Assembly (NCBI GenBank): GCA_051362555.1 | Contig: CM120644.1 | Location: forward strand, 8,812,954 to 8,876,953 | DNA: 64,000 nt | Origin: Lingula anatina | Lineage: Eukaryota; Animalia; Brachiopoda | Direction of reading: 5' to 3' | Part shown: positions 38,498 through 50,780 of the stretch, in pieces | How the letters are laid out: every line of letters starts with the position of its first letter | Numbering within the stretch: the stretch's first letter is position 1 | Position numbers and translations under genes: made by a program | The notes under the pieces: generated by a model | Database searches by the model: none | What the model was told of the DNA's origin: nothing | The model's input: the letters and a program-made list of their open reading frames with translations, nothing else

Positions 38498-41441
38498 TTT
38501 TAGGCCATTAATACAATGCTTCCTTTAAAGGGAAAATATATCAAAACATACATATTTATAATTAAAGGAAATGTACTTTTTTTACCCTGCACATTCAAGT
38601 TAAATTTGGCTTGAGATTCATATCAAATCCAAAAGTGAAAGTAGCTGACTGCTTAAATAAGATATTATTAGGACTTAAAAACTTGTATTACTCATTCACA
38701 AGCACATTTAACAAATATCTCTTGTTTCCTAGTAAATGCCCATTCGTCACTGTATTATATTATACAGGATTTATATGTGGAATTACACAGTTTGCCAAAT
38801 CAAACCAACATATATGTCTCCAATTTTCTGTATAAATGCAGAATGACTGGGTAATCTAAAACAAGGCAGCAAAGCTGTCAAATGTACAGACAAAAAGCAG
38901 GAAATAACTATGCACAAAATAGGCTACTGTCAATTCTGATGCAAAAGAACATTATGTTAAACTGCAAATTCAACATCACGACGACGACGGCGACAGGGAC
39001 AGCGACAGGGACGGTGACGGCGACGACAGACGTAGGTGATGGCAATATGTACAGACACATCTGTGTCTGTACATAATGAAAGAAAAAAACTAGTTTTAAA
39101 ACAAAGTCAGACCTGACCTCTATAGACTCCACCTTCACATGACTCACTTTCTAATACCAGACCAGGTGAGAAGAAAAGGTAAAAAAATAAATAAATCAAT
39201 GAAAAGTTCCACTTTTGAACAAACCTTGCCTGAAGCATGTATTCAGATAAAGACTTCACACAAAACACATAATGACTCACTCCATGATATAAACAAACTT
39301 ATAACTTTTTTCTCTCAAACCTGAGAAATGGAAATGTTTCTTTCCTTGATTTAGCATAAATTACTGGAAAATTAATTATCTCCCTTCATAACTTTACCAT
39401 AAAACAAGGGGTTTCATAACTGATTTTATCACAGACCTTGAGATGCAGCTTAACTCATTCCCTTGCTAAGGTTCAAGGCTAACAAGAACCAAGATCAAGT
39501 TAGTCCTATTGACAAACTCTAAATACTAAATCTGATAGTGTAAAATTAAAAATAAGTACTAGCAATTCCTAAAACAATCACTCATTCATCCCAAGGGATT
39601 ATAACCAGTTGGGGTGACTGTCATAACAGCCAAAGTTTCACCATCTCTGCCCTTTGCATCAAAACCACCACTCAATAGACTATTAGTGGCAAGTTACACA
39701 GCTTTCTCTAGCAAAAATAACCTTCCAGTGGAAGGTACATAGTATAAGACCGCATTCTCAACGAATTGAGCCAGGCTTTGCAAATCCTGAGACTAAAAAT
39801 GGCGGACGTACATGAAAGAAAAACCACCTAATCTTTTAATAGTCTCTCCGCCTCTCACACGCCTCCCCACACATCGTCCCTGCGGGGTACAGTAATTAAA
39901 TCTCAGCTCCGAACATGAACATCTCCGTGAATATCTCTGGTGATATTATCTCTGTAGATAGTCTATTCATTGCTGCTCTACGGGTCAATTCATTCCTTTT
40001 TCGTCTCTGTTTTGAAAGATAATAGAACAGAAGAGCTTTTTTCCTTCGATCGCCTTCAGCCGCCATGCTTTCTTCACCACGAGTTTAACTGATGAGCATG
40101 CGCACTTAATATTTCTCAGGTAGCTTCCGCATGGGGAACAGAGCCGAGATTTAATTACTATACCCTGCAGGGACGACGTGTGGGGAGGCGTGTGAGAGGC
40201 GGAGAGACTATTAAAAGATTAGGCGGTTTTTCTTTCATGTACGTCCGCCATTTTTAGTCTCAGGATTTGTAAAGCCTGGCTCAATTTGTTGAGAATACGG
40301 TCTAAGACTGAACAATCACATCAAGTCAAAATGATGTTAATTTTGACCATCTCTGCTAATATTGTTTTATATTTTCATGATCTCATTTTTTTTTTCTTTT
40401 TTTTTATGCGTGCGTAAATACTTTCTAAGCATATGGCCAGATATGTAGGAATTGTATGACCTCAAAAACATTGTATGGATGGTCCAACGTCCACGGCATC
40501 AAGGACAATGCTGTGGTCATTTGGACAGAAAACATCAACACGCACAAATATCCTACGATAAGGCATTTTACTTGAATGTTATCTACCAGTACATGTACCT
40601 CTAACTCAAACACAAATAATTTCTGGTGCTTTAGACTGGATTCCCACAGATTTAGAGTGATCCATATGGATCGACCTAGCTCCCTGGGGGTTCACACTAA
40701 ATTGATGTCAGCTTTCAGGAGCCGAGCGGGCACCTAAGTTAATTACTCCCTTACAGCTTTTAGTAGAGGGGGACAGACACTAAAAGACCATTAAGCTAAC
40801 AGCAATCTAGTGAGACTCCCCAGGGGGATAGATCGATCTAAAATCTATGGGAATGGGGTTTTACGCAAACAATTCCTGGTGCTTTAAGCTGTACATATAT
40901 ACGTCCCACAACCACCACAGCTCTACACATCACCAACATGCCTAATATACATCTGAGAATTAGATGAAACCCAAAGGTAAGTTATATTCTAAACAACAGG
41001 TTGTTTCAGCCGTGTCATTTGTTGGTGCAATCGTGATTTTCTTCCACTTGTTGTGTATTCAGCTTTATTTCATAACAAGGCGCTGAAAGAGAATATATTT
41101 CGGAATCGTCGCCTATTTAAAAAGACGATTAATATGACACGCCGTCTTATTTGTGTCTGATTTTTGTAAACTGTAAAGGCACTTTCAATCTAGATTATAA
41201 AAAAAGTTTAACTGGAGTTCAAAAAGTACAGCTCGGATCTCCCAGTTAACATTGTACCCGATTAATGGACAAAAGCCTAAAACGAAACCACACAATCATA
41301 AAACGGTTAAAAACGATGTTGTTAGCGCCATAACGGTCTGTACATTGTGCTTTTAACATCTTAACAAAATGAAGCCTCACTTACCGTTAAGTTTGTTAAA
41401 AATAACAACCAAGTCACAATCTCTACGGCACCAATCGCCAT
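31060..41441 (-). CDS. VOPP1/WBP1/Shisa-like single-pass membrane protein with PPPY motif (153 aa); exons 41441-41385, 35198-35089, 34784-34631, 31200-31060
   Basis: [19 protein letters not shown]|[37 protein letters not shown]|[21 protein letters not shown]...HRPTQ|DENFYRD...NYPPPPYSQ...HGD*. Signal peptide, CC-x4-CC ectodomain, aromatic juxtamembrane segment, TM helix and PY motif; GT-AG junctions are phase-compatible. Confidence 0.88.
32047..32300. mobile_element. MITE family C relative, near-perfect hairpin with the centre deleted
   Basis: GGCTTCGTTCACATG...CATGTGAATGAAGCC with TTA/TTA flanks. The arms are homologous to those of 4490-5042 and meet directly at GTTACTTATAGTAACTTATAGTAAC. 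Confidence 0.88.
32388..32522. mobile_element. Degenerate fold-back element
   Basis: TTAATTGTCTGACATGCCTCCTCCAGCAGCTAGGGGGTAATTAA is inverted against TTAATTACCTCCTAGCTATTTCAGGAGGCGTGCCAGTCAGTTAA, with outer GGGATCAGT/ACTGATCCC. Confidence 0.55.
32576..32789. mobile_element. MITE family A, orientation B (intron 3 of minus-strand VOPP1-like gene)
   Basis: Reverse complement of the 37422 and 3685 copies; left flank TTA. Confidence 0.9.
35183..35800 (-). repeat. Degenerate tandem array of the exon-2 splice acceptor plus exon start (4 extra copies)
   Basis: On the minus strand, yAG|G(T/C)TG(T/G)GTA(T/C) units start at 35782, 35686, 35609 and 35281, upstream of the true exon start at 35198. A GAAGATGCCATG segment echoes exon GAAAATGCCAG. 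Confidence 0.75.
35339..35554. mobile_element. MITE family A, orientation B
   Basis: Family A internal sequence, TTA/TTA flanks; inserted inside the acceptor-repeat array. Confidence 0.9.
37422..37636. mobile_element. MITE family A, orientation A
   Basis: GGGCGTATTCCCATAGATTTTAGATCGATC...GATCCAATCTCTGGGAATGGGGTC; TAA/TAG flanks. Confidence 0.9.
39748..40302. mobile_element. MITE family D with ~160-bp TIRs (PIF/Harbinger-like)
   Basis: GACCGCATTCTCAAC...GTTGAGAATACGGTC termini, long near-identical inverted arms, TAA/TAA target duplication. Confidence 0.92.
40634..40860. mobile_element. MITE family A, orientation B
   Basis: Family A internal sequence, TTA/TTA flanks. Confidence 0.88.
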
Positions 41442-41785
41442 CTTCTTGACCTTTTAAATCCTGTTGTGTCAAAACCCATTTATGACCCCCTACTCGACTT
41501 ACAAAAATACTTTATTAATGCGAATCATTTTTGAGACTCATACTTAAAAGCTTTATTGAAATATCAGCAAAAGATGTACTTTGGCTTATAACTTTAATGA
41601 CTTATACATTAGCCTCAATTTTTAAGGTAAAATCTTAATTGTTTATAACACTAAACAGGGGGAGGAAATGCGTCGATGGTATCGGCAGATATGACCTACT
41701 ATTCATTCTCGTGCACTTGAACGAGAAAACGTGAGATCTGGAAGAAAACATTGGTATTTGACAGATACCGTGCTGAAAAATAATA

Positions 41786-43820
41786 ATGTGGAACACCCTC
41801 ACGTTAACAACAAGTCTTCTGCTTTACATTATAGAGGTAAGTGCGATCACTGATACCCTTCGCTAAATGAATGTTGAACAGTGCTTAAATGTAGTGGTGC
41901 AGAGTTTTTCTCTTGGCACGAAAATTCGTTCTGCGCAGCACTTGTACTGTACCGGTAGTAAGTTGTATAATTTTTACGTTTTATTATATAACGTGTACGG
42001 TTACCATTGCTTATCGCGATCAATTATTCTATAGCTGTTTAATATGCGATATTATGTGTCAGTTTTTTTTTTTTTTTTTTTTTTTTTTCAGACGGAAGCT
42101 AATACATGTTACTACAGTGCCAGCAATGGCGAGGTCCTAAACTTCAGGTACATGTACTCATCAGTACTGGTAAAATAATTGTATCAACAACATGAGCACT
42201 GATGTAGGTATAAAGTATGAGTAGCATATTTCTTGATACAGATTCTTACAGCTCGTTCCCAATGAAACTATGATTCTGCGAAGAAGAAACAGAACTTCCA
42301 AGTGACTCTCATTGAATGCAGTCAGATTAACCTGCCTCCTGGCATTGAGTAAAAATACAGAAAACCTGGAGGGAGTACTTCAAAAACAAGATTATAGAAG
42401 ATTCAAGTATCAAAACTTAAGCTGTATAATTAGACAGATTAAACTGTTTATTTCTGACCTTGAATTATTGGCGTGAACAAAGAGTATTGTAGGCAGCGTT
42501 ATGTATCAAAGACATCTTAAACAAGCATGTTAATCCAGCATTTGATACATTGTATCAGATGCAGTTTTCTTTACTATGCAGAGTGTTTGCGGCTTGCTGG
42601 GAAAACAGAAAAAAAAATACTTCTGGTTTTCTGTATACTTTATGCATTAAGGGGCCCGCACACGGTGAGCATTTGGTGCGCGCCACTTGCGCTCCTCAGC
42701 TCCCCGCAAACGATGCGCTCTTTGCTCAGCAGAGGTGCTTCCCGGCCTGCCCCTAGCAGACGCACTATGAACTGTGGGATCATGTGTTTAAGGAAACATT
42801 ACATATTGTTGTTTTTTCTGATAGTAATGGATAATGGTGACCACGTTAATCAATCAGACTAACTATAACTGTGTAGATTTTTGTTGACTTCGCTGGGGGC
42901 TGCCATTTTTGTTTGTTTCCGGCTACTGGCACATGCGCATTGTTAGCATGGCGTGAGCAATCGGCGCTTGCACCCTGCACACGCTGAGACATTTGCCTCA
43001 AGAGACCAAAAAAATCAAACACGTGAGAAATTTTGCTCAGCCCCGCGTGAGGCAAAAATCTCACCAAAACACCCCCGCACACGATGAGAAAACGGCGCAG
43101 CGCAAGTGGCGCGCGCCAAATGCTCACCGTGTGCGGGCATTACACTGTCATGTTACTGGTACTAAACAGCTGACTGATTTTGATAAAATCAAGACTTTGC
43201 TTTGATGTTGAAATACATTTTAAAACATTTTACAAAATCAGTCAAATTATGATATGTTTTGTTAAGGATTTGGCTGAAATTCACAGACAGAGAAAAAGAA
43301 TGTAACTTCATTTTGCTTTGGCATACTTGAAATTATAGGAAGGGTGTGCAGTTTCCGAAATAATTTCCATGTGCATTGACCCCTTGTTTACACATGAAGC
43401 CAAATAATTTACAGCTTGTGATATATCTTTCTAGATGTTATAACTTTGGGGAATATTGCTGTGGAAGACATTGCTGTGCCAGTGTAGCTGCTTTCTACAG
43501 ATTGTGGTATTTCTGGTGAGATATCTTTTCTAACACAATGGCATTTTTATGGCACAACCTTTCTAATGCAATTGTGTACATCTTCTCTAACACAGTAGTA
43601 GATATTTTTCTGACCCAATCACACTTGTCGCAACACCCTGAGTTTGGTGTTTCTGTCAACAGATTGGTCCTGGTATGTAATACAAGCAGATTATATATTA
43701 TTAGATTATGTATATTAGTAACAAAAAATAGAGCAAGCTTACGTACACTGGTTTAAATTCATCTGTATCTCCATTTTGCACATTAATGAAGTAAAAGTCC
43801 TAATTTATTTATTTAATTTT

Positions 43821-43851
<31 letters not shown>

Positions 43852-44705
43852 TTACATTAGGCTGTGTGTTCTCCTCATGGTATTGCTGTGTTCTGGAGGT
43901 GGGTACTGGTACAAGAGAAGATATTACCAGTCCAACTTCATGATGCCTGCAGGACAGACCAGGATGGCAGGGGGCAGGAATAACACTGTCCATACTCAGA
44001 ATAACTTTGCTTTCGACTCAGGAATTGACCGTTATCCTCCTTGTGAGTAGTCAATAAGTGCATTTACTGATAGTGGCAGTGTACTAGTAAGGAATCATTT
44101 GTTAACATTGATTGAAATTTTTTGGTTGTTTTATGGTCCAAACATTTGTTTTTTAGTAAAATAGGCTGAAAAATTGCCAAATTATTGTTTAAAATGTGCA
44201 AAATCTGTAGATATCCATGTTTTGTATTGCTTTGTATTACGTAAAACAAAACATTTGAGTTTCATCAAATTTTGGACATGTTGGAATAACAACCCCCTTA
44301 TTGTTCTACTTGTGATAGTGTCAGGTGGGTATCCCCCACCCCCAGCCTACATGCACCACCCGCAGTATTCCATGGCTGGCTACCCCCCACAGGCTTTCCC
44401 CAGTCCCCCGAGCTACGACTCCGTGGTCAAAACTGGACCAAGTGGACAAGGGGATGGACAGCAGCAGCAGCCGGCGCAACAACAACAAATGCAGCCACCA
44501 CTGCAACAACAGCAAGTGCAACCGCCGGAGCAACAGCAGCAAATGCAGCCATGCACCAGAGCAACAGCAAACGCAGCCACCGGTGCAACAGCAGCAAATG
44601 CAGCCACCACGGCAACAACAGCAAGTGCAGCCACCGGCGCAACAACAGCAAACGCAGCAGATGCCTCAGCAGCAGAATGGGCTGGATGAAGAACAGCAAG
44701 AATAA
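41786..44705 (+). CDS. VOPP1: VOPP1 homolog with PY motifs and Gln/Pro-rich repeat tail; exons 41786-41836, 42092-42147, 43435-43515, 43861-44042, 44319-44689/44705
   Basis: MWNTLTLTTSLLLYIIE|TEANTCYYSASNGEVLNFR|CYNFGEYCCGRHCCASVAAFYRLWYFW|LCVLLMVLLCSGGGYWYKRRYY...|...PPPPAY...PSPPSYDSVV. The CCGxxCC...RLWYFW motif and exon layout parallel vertebrate VOPP1. A frame switch at ~44552 makes the stop ambiguous. Confidence 0.85.
42652..43139. mobile_element. MITE family B, full length (~490 bp) in VOPP1 intron 2
   Basis: ~40-bp TIRs GCCCGCACACGGTGAGCATTTGGTGCGCGCCACTTGCGCT / AGCGCAAGTGGCGCGCGCCAAATGCTCACCGTGTGCGGGC in a TAA/TTA context; second copy at 1760-2192. Confidence 0.9.
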
Positions 44706-45900
44706 TAGGAATGAAAACAGTAGCTTTAGCAATAGGTTATTTATAATAAAGAATCTCACTAACTAAGGGTATATACAATATATACAATATATACAGTATA
44801 GGAAAACTGCACATTCAAAGTCAGTATAGGTAATATTGTCCTTAGACATTACACTGGTTAATATACTCCATCAGCACTCAAAGATATATAAAGAAGTAAC
44901 ATTCATTGATTATTACACCTTAAATTCAGATTGCATTTGCATTTTGTAGCTTATTTAACCATTCATGCAGGATTTCTTCACGCACTTGCAATGTTTTTCC
45001 CTCAGTAGTAAATGACACCTTTGCCTTTATCATACCTTCATTTGTTTATCTATTTATTCATTACACAATTTTTTTTTTTTTGTTTTGTTTTGTTTTTTTT
45101 TTATTTTTACTTTATTTTTTTAGGTATTTATATATAATATCAGGTTTGTAATAGCAGTGTAACAAATGTCTCATACAAATATATAACCTAACACTTTTGC
45201 TTTCTTTATTGTTTGGTTGCCCTTAAATGAGACCCCAATTTCTTTTGGAATTTTATGTTAACTTTTGACTTTATCCAGTATTTATTATGCTTTATCCTCC
45301 TTAGATTTTATGGTATGTTTTTATTTTGTTGCTCGAGGTTGTTTTTGAACTGAGTAAATTCCCAATTGCTTTATGTTTTATTAATGTGTTCATTTAGAAA
45401 GATGAGCCAGATGCTTCTTCAGCATAATAAAATTTTATGATATTATACTGTGCATAGGCTATGTGTAGAGTTATACACTGTAAAATACATAAAAGGTTCT
45501 AGAAGAATGACACATAGGTAAAAAAAAAAATAGCTATTTACTAGTAGTTTACTCATCTACATATGGAGGGCAGCTGCAATCATTAAAGAAATTGGGTGCA
45601 ATTTTTTGATTGAATATTGTTGAGCTTTTGTAATTTTCATGATTATCATTATCATTGTTGATTTGTGTTCATTTGGATGTTTTATTTTAAGTAAACATGT
45701 TTTATATGTTGTATTAATATTATATATGTGTTGTAGTTTTTGTCTAAAGTTGTCTTGGTTATTAAACCCAAGTAGTTAAAAAAAAAAGTAAGAGGCGCTA
45801 TCAGTTTTGAATGTGTTAATTGTGGCTACTTTAAACATGGAGTATGAATGTTGTGACTTGGTAAACAACTGATTTCAATGCTCAGTATGGGTAATTACAA

Positions 45901-46069
45901 CAGGCCCGTAGCCAGCAAATTCAAAAGGGGGGTTCTTTTTCTAAAAAAAGTGGACCTTTTTTAATGAAACCTTTGTGTACCTGGACAAAATTTTACACAG
46001 AATGGACCTTTTCCTGACAAAAAGGGCGGTTCTTTCGAACCCCCCGAACCCCCCCTGGCTACGGGCCTG
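45901..46069. mobile_element. Small CAGG-terminus non-autonomous DNA element
   Basis: Perfect 15-bp TIR CAGGCCCGTAGCCAG / CTGGCTACGGGCCTG flanked by TACAA on both sides. Confidence 0.85.
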
Positions 46070-46796
46070 TACAATATCATAGAGATGGAACTTCCTTATT
46101 GCATAATTTAGATAGAATTTTTTAACTTTCAGAATTAGCTAATTAAAAAGGAAGAAGAATGCAGTCGTTCCTAACATATCAAAAGGCTACAATGCATTTC
46201 AGTATTCTTCTTTTAAAAGATTGATAATTTTCAGTTGCATGAATGTACCTTATGTTTTGAGCCCACTCTCCTTAACTTAATTTGTGAAATTTCTCAGTCA
46301 TCTTTTTTAGTTGCCATTTGATAAAAAGACGTTTGTAGAAATATATTCAGATTGATATGCATTTAGAGAACCTGTTGGGTTTTGACATATATGGTAAGTG
46401 GAGGTGCATGGTGCAATGTTGTTTTTATTATGATTTCTATTTATTGAGTGGTGCTTCCCAAACTGTTTTAAAAAGTTATTACTTGTTAAAAGCACCTATT
46501 TGCTTTAATTGTTTTTCAGTGGATAGCATTGTTGTTTGAAACATATAATTTAAATCAACTATGTTTTCTTATGTTTCCTTTTGATGGTCATTTTAAGCCT
46601 TTGGGCTCCTGTAGAATTTACAGTACTTGTCTATTATATTGCTGCTTCTGACAAAGAGGTTGGTAAGATCTATTTTCAGTTTTCATTGAGATGTCGTACA
46701 GGGCATCGGCTTTCAACTCTCAGTAAGTTACTGGTTTAATAAAGCTATAGAAAAAAACGTTTTAAGGGATTTACTTTGTGTAACAAGAGTTAAATA

Positions 46797-47091
46797 TGAC
46801 ATTTGCCTGTAGTAACTGCCCTTTCTCTAAACGATAATGACCCATCTTTTCAATGGGCAAAAATGATCAAACTTTCAGATATGTAATTGTATAAAATCAC
46901 AGAATTACATTTATGTGTAGCAATTGTGTTTTTTACTGCATAAAACAGAACTTGAGAGCAGCCTGCTTATTGAATTATTGTTACCACTCAATAGAAATGA
47001 CTTGAAATATACAGTATCTGTAAATTCACAATTTCCCTCATTGAAAAGGTCGAGTAATTACCGTAGTTAATTCAAAGGCAAGTAAGTTGTC
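46797..47091. mobile_element. Old, diverged inverted-repeat element
   Basis: TGACA..TGCCCTTT..ACGATAATGACCCATCTTTTCAATGGG is imperfectly inverted against CCCTCATTGAAAAGGTCGAGTAATTACCGT..AAAGGCA..TGTCA. Confidence 0.4.
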
Positions 47092-48213
47092 ATGTACATG
47101 TATAGAATATATTACACCGATGTTCCATTAAAAAAAGGTAGAAACGAAAGTATGCCTTTCAAAAAAATTTCTTGGCGCTGGATTTTAGCACTCACTGTTG
47201 TAATTGTAAATGTTGCAAAACGGTGGTGATAACTGTTAGGTGAGGGAGTTCTGATGCAAAGTGAAAAACGTTGCTGCTACGTCATCAGCTCTAATAAGCA
47301 AATATCTCCCGATATATTTTTGATGCGAAGGCATTATCCCATTACGACAATGTTTATTTCCGCATTGTCAAAGCGGATGAAAAACGTACCGAACCTTTAC
47401 GCACCTGTACCAGTGCTTATCAAGGGTAAGATTAAAAACTATTTTTACATTGAAACACGAAGAAAGTGGTGCACGAGGAAGCTTGTATCTTATGTTATCT
47501 CTGTGTGTTACTGAGAAACATCACGTCCTATACGACTGTGAGCATCTTAATATAATATGGGAATACCAGTACGTCTGCGAGGAAAGCAATATTATCGATT
47601 GATTATGAATTAGATAATTTTAGCTTAAAAGTTTGCCAAAAAATAATAATAATAAATCCGCAGCGATGAGGGCTATTACAAAAACCTCCCACTGCGACTC
47701 AGATATCTGAATCCAAAACTCGGACTAATTAAACGATCCTTTATAGTCCATGACCAGAATGAATTATATGGTCTTTTGAGATGCAATTCTGCTTTGGTTT
47801 CATGGTAGTGCGGTTTAAATACAACGAGAACACTGATGAAGGCAATACGTCTATTGACTCAACTTGCACCGAGTTCTTTCCTTTTCTCAATCATGATAAC
47901 TTTACCTTGACTCACCCAGTGTGTCTCGGGCACCTAATTACCGGGTCATTTTCCTACTAAATGACTGATTCGAAATGACGCTGAGCGTATAATCCAAGGA
48001 AAATTACATAACGAAGAGAACAAGGAAAACTGCGTTCCTCGAAAAATAGGCGATAAAGAAAGACAATGGAAATGAGGTCCCTGAGGTAGAGAGTGGAACG
48101 GGGTTTTTTTTCTGGGAAAATTGGTTTAGTGGTTAAAAGGGGTTAGATAACGACAAAAGATTGAATACCAGGAAAAAACGCGACTACTATTATAAATTCT
48201 ACTAGTTACACTA

Positions 48214-48226
48214 TACCACTACTACT

Positions 48227-48260
<34 letters not shown>

Positions 48261-48344
48261 ATAATAATAACTTATTTCTTAAGACCGTGTTACACAAACA
48301 TCACAAGGATGTTTACATATGTAATTACTTATAAAACCGTCAAC

Positions 48345-48375
<31 letters not shown>

Positions 48376-48376
48376 C
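48214..48376. repeat. (TAC)n and (TAA)n microsatellites
   Basis: Trinucleotide runs are directly visible. Confidence 0.9.
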
Positions 48377-49208
48377 GCTATTTTGCCACTCGATGTTTCT
48401 AGCATTTTGAGCGGACACAGAAATTAGCTTTGCTGTCCTCAAACCCAATAGACAAAATGCCTTCTGGCTTACTGCTGACGGGATGGGACTTCTATTTTGT
48501 GAAAAAGTCGGAAAATGTGGCGTGGGGCCCAGTGGTCCGCCTAGGCCAATGATATTTATGGTTCCCAATAAATCGGAAATCTACCGATAATCAGAAAAAT
48601 CTTATCCCTGCTGTTATAAACAAATCTATATTTGAATTGGAATTCTATGTATATTTGAGCAAGTTAGATTAATTCGAACCGCTCAGAAAAAATACCCAGA
48701 AGACAGTGTACCGTTGAAAGGCATATGGCAAAGTTTTATTTTAACTTTTTTCGCCATTCCCCATGTGTGATGATTACCTACTTACTTGTCAATACCACTT
48801 TGATCAGATTCAAATTAAAAAAAAAACTTTTTTGATTATTTTTGCATTGATATAGGCTAGCGCTGGGAATTATCCTACACTGCAATTGAATAATTCATAT
48901 CAACGGGAATACAAAATTGCTCTAATGAACGAATCCCACTCCAACATCTCCCCGTTGATTGTGATGATTTCATTACTTTGAGATCACGAGGAACTGAAAG
49001 CACCAGTACTCTGGCATACAAATCTACCCACATAGTCAGCGAGTGGGTAGCATATTTTTAAGTATATGGGAGGGGGGTACTTAACCATTCAATAGAAAAC
49101 TACATGTAGATCAGATTTTAAGGTAGACGTAATATCCGTTAGTTATCCACCTGTGGTGTGTGAGTTTATATTTATGACAGTTTAAATTGTAAGTATGTGT
49201 GTGTATGT

Positions 49209-49239
<31 letters not shown>

Positions 49240-49591
49240 GGCGTTGAACCCCTTCAGGTTCCCTGTACCTCAGGTCCGACACCTACGTCGCATTAGCCTA
49301 GACAGAGCGAGATGAGATAGGGGACGATCGACTCGCATTATTATTTTAAAAATTTTATATAATTACATCCTGCTAACCATTGATTAATCTTTCAATTAAA
49401 GATGGTAAGATTGGTGAAAAATACTACCTAAATTAGTCCAAGAATGAGCATTATACAATAATACGTATTAAAACTAAAAGATCTTGGCGCATCCAGGATC
49501 TTTTTTTTTTTTTTTTTTTTTTAGTTTTTAGTGGGTTCGTCAAATAATCTTACTTAAAAAAGGAATCTTTTGCTCACTATCGGCATTTTAA

Positions 49592-50739
49592 CTGGTCCCA
49601 GTAGTCGGTGAATCTCAGAATGGCATCCTAGAATTGGTGCTTTTTATAATAAGGATTAAATGCTGTCAATAGCATACGAAATGATAAAAAAATACTATGT
49701 GAAATATTTTAAGCAACCCAGCAGCGGTAGACAAAGCGCTTTCAGTTGAACTTAACGACAGCAAATCTCTGTCACATCAGCGGTCAGTGCTCTTGGTGGT
49801 CAATGTTTGATTTTGAAAATAACTCGATAACATACGCAACGGCTTAAAAGGAACATGCAGAGCGTTATCCATAAGAGGTCTAGCTCTTTTGCACAAAAAT
49901 CACGTTTTTATGAGTCAGTGTAGAGAGAGAAGAATGCCTTATACAGTATATCGGAAAACACAGACCGTGCGTGTATAAATGTATGTGGTAAATAGGCTTT
50001 TATACACAAAAAATACACAATCTACGGCTTACTATACACAAAAAGGTCACTGTAGTATAAAATTAGAATGAAAACAATTTGTCCTTCATGATATACGCTT
50101 GTTGTGTACGTTAATTCTGCCCTCGTGAAGTGTATAAATACATAGTAGATACCAATATGTAGCATCCATCTTACAACATGCAGCAGGATTCTTACATAAT
50201 TATTTAATCTCTATCTTTCAATTTGTCTCTTCGCTTAAACTCTTTACATTCTAGTAAAAAAGCACGAGTCATAGGAATCATATCTATTGGCCCAAGGCTG
50301 AAATCATTCTTGTGTTTATTTGGCTTTACGTCATAAACAACCCACGTAGCTAAAAAGGTACCTTGCAGTGAATTTGGTCTAATCTTAGAAATACGGTATT
50401 TATAGGAGCTAGGTGCTGACACGATTCCCCTGAGCTACCAACACGAATGTCATTTTTTCTAAAAGAGCGTTAAGTCAGAAGTTAATGAGCAGACCACTTT
50501 TTTTTACCGCTGTTAGTTAATGCACAGTTCATGTTTCTGTGACATATGGTGTGTCATCATGGTGCAGTGATACATGCTTTAAAGTCACGGACCAGGAAGA
50601 CAGAAAACGATTAGGTGACACTCTTACATCATAATAAAGCTGTTGTTGTCGAGAAAAGTGCCAAATTACACTACCTCCACATGTTTTTCCTGGTTCCAGT
50701 AGTCGGTGAATCTCAGAATGGAATCTTAGAGTTGGTGCT
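49592..50739. repeat. Pair of 50-bp direct repeats (49592-49641 and 50690-50739)
   Basis: CTGGT(C/T)CCAGTAGTCGGTGAATCTCAGAATGG(C/A)ATC(C/T)TAGA(A/G)TTGGTGCT, 46/50 identical by eye. Confidence 0.85.
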
Positions 50740-50780
50740 CATTATAAAAATATCAAATCTATAGACCAACAGATATTAGT

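Noticed and set aside
42527-43205. Similar ORFs here and at 1653-2241 suggesting a duplicated small gene
   Set aside because: The similarity is explained by two copies of MITE family B; no transposase motifs or splice structure.
44321-44766. Multiple Leu/Cys/Ala-rich ORFs on both strands
   Set aside because: Alternate frames of the CAG/CAA-rich coding minisatellite.
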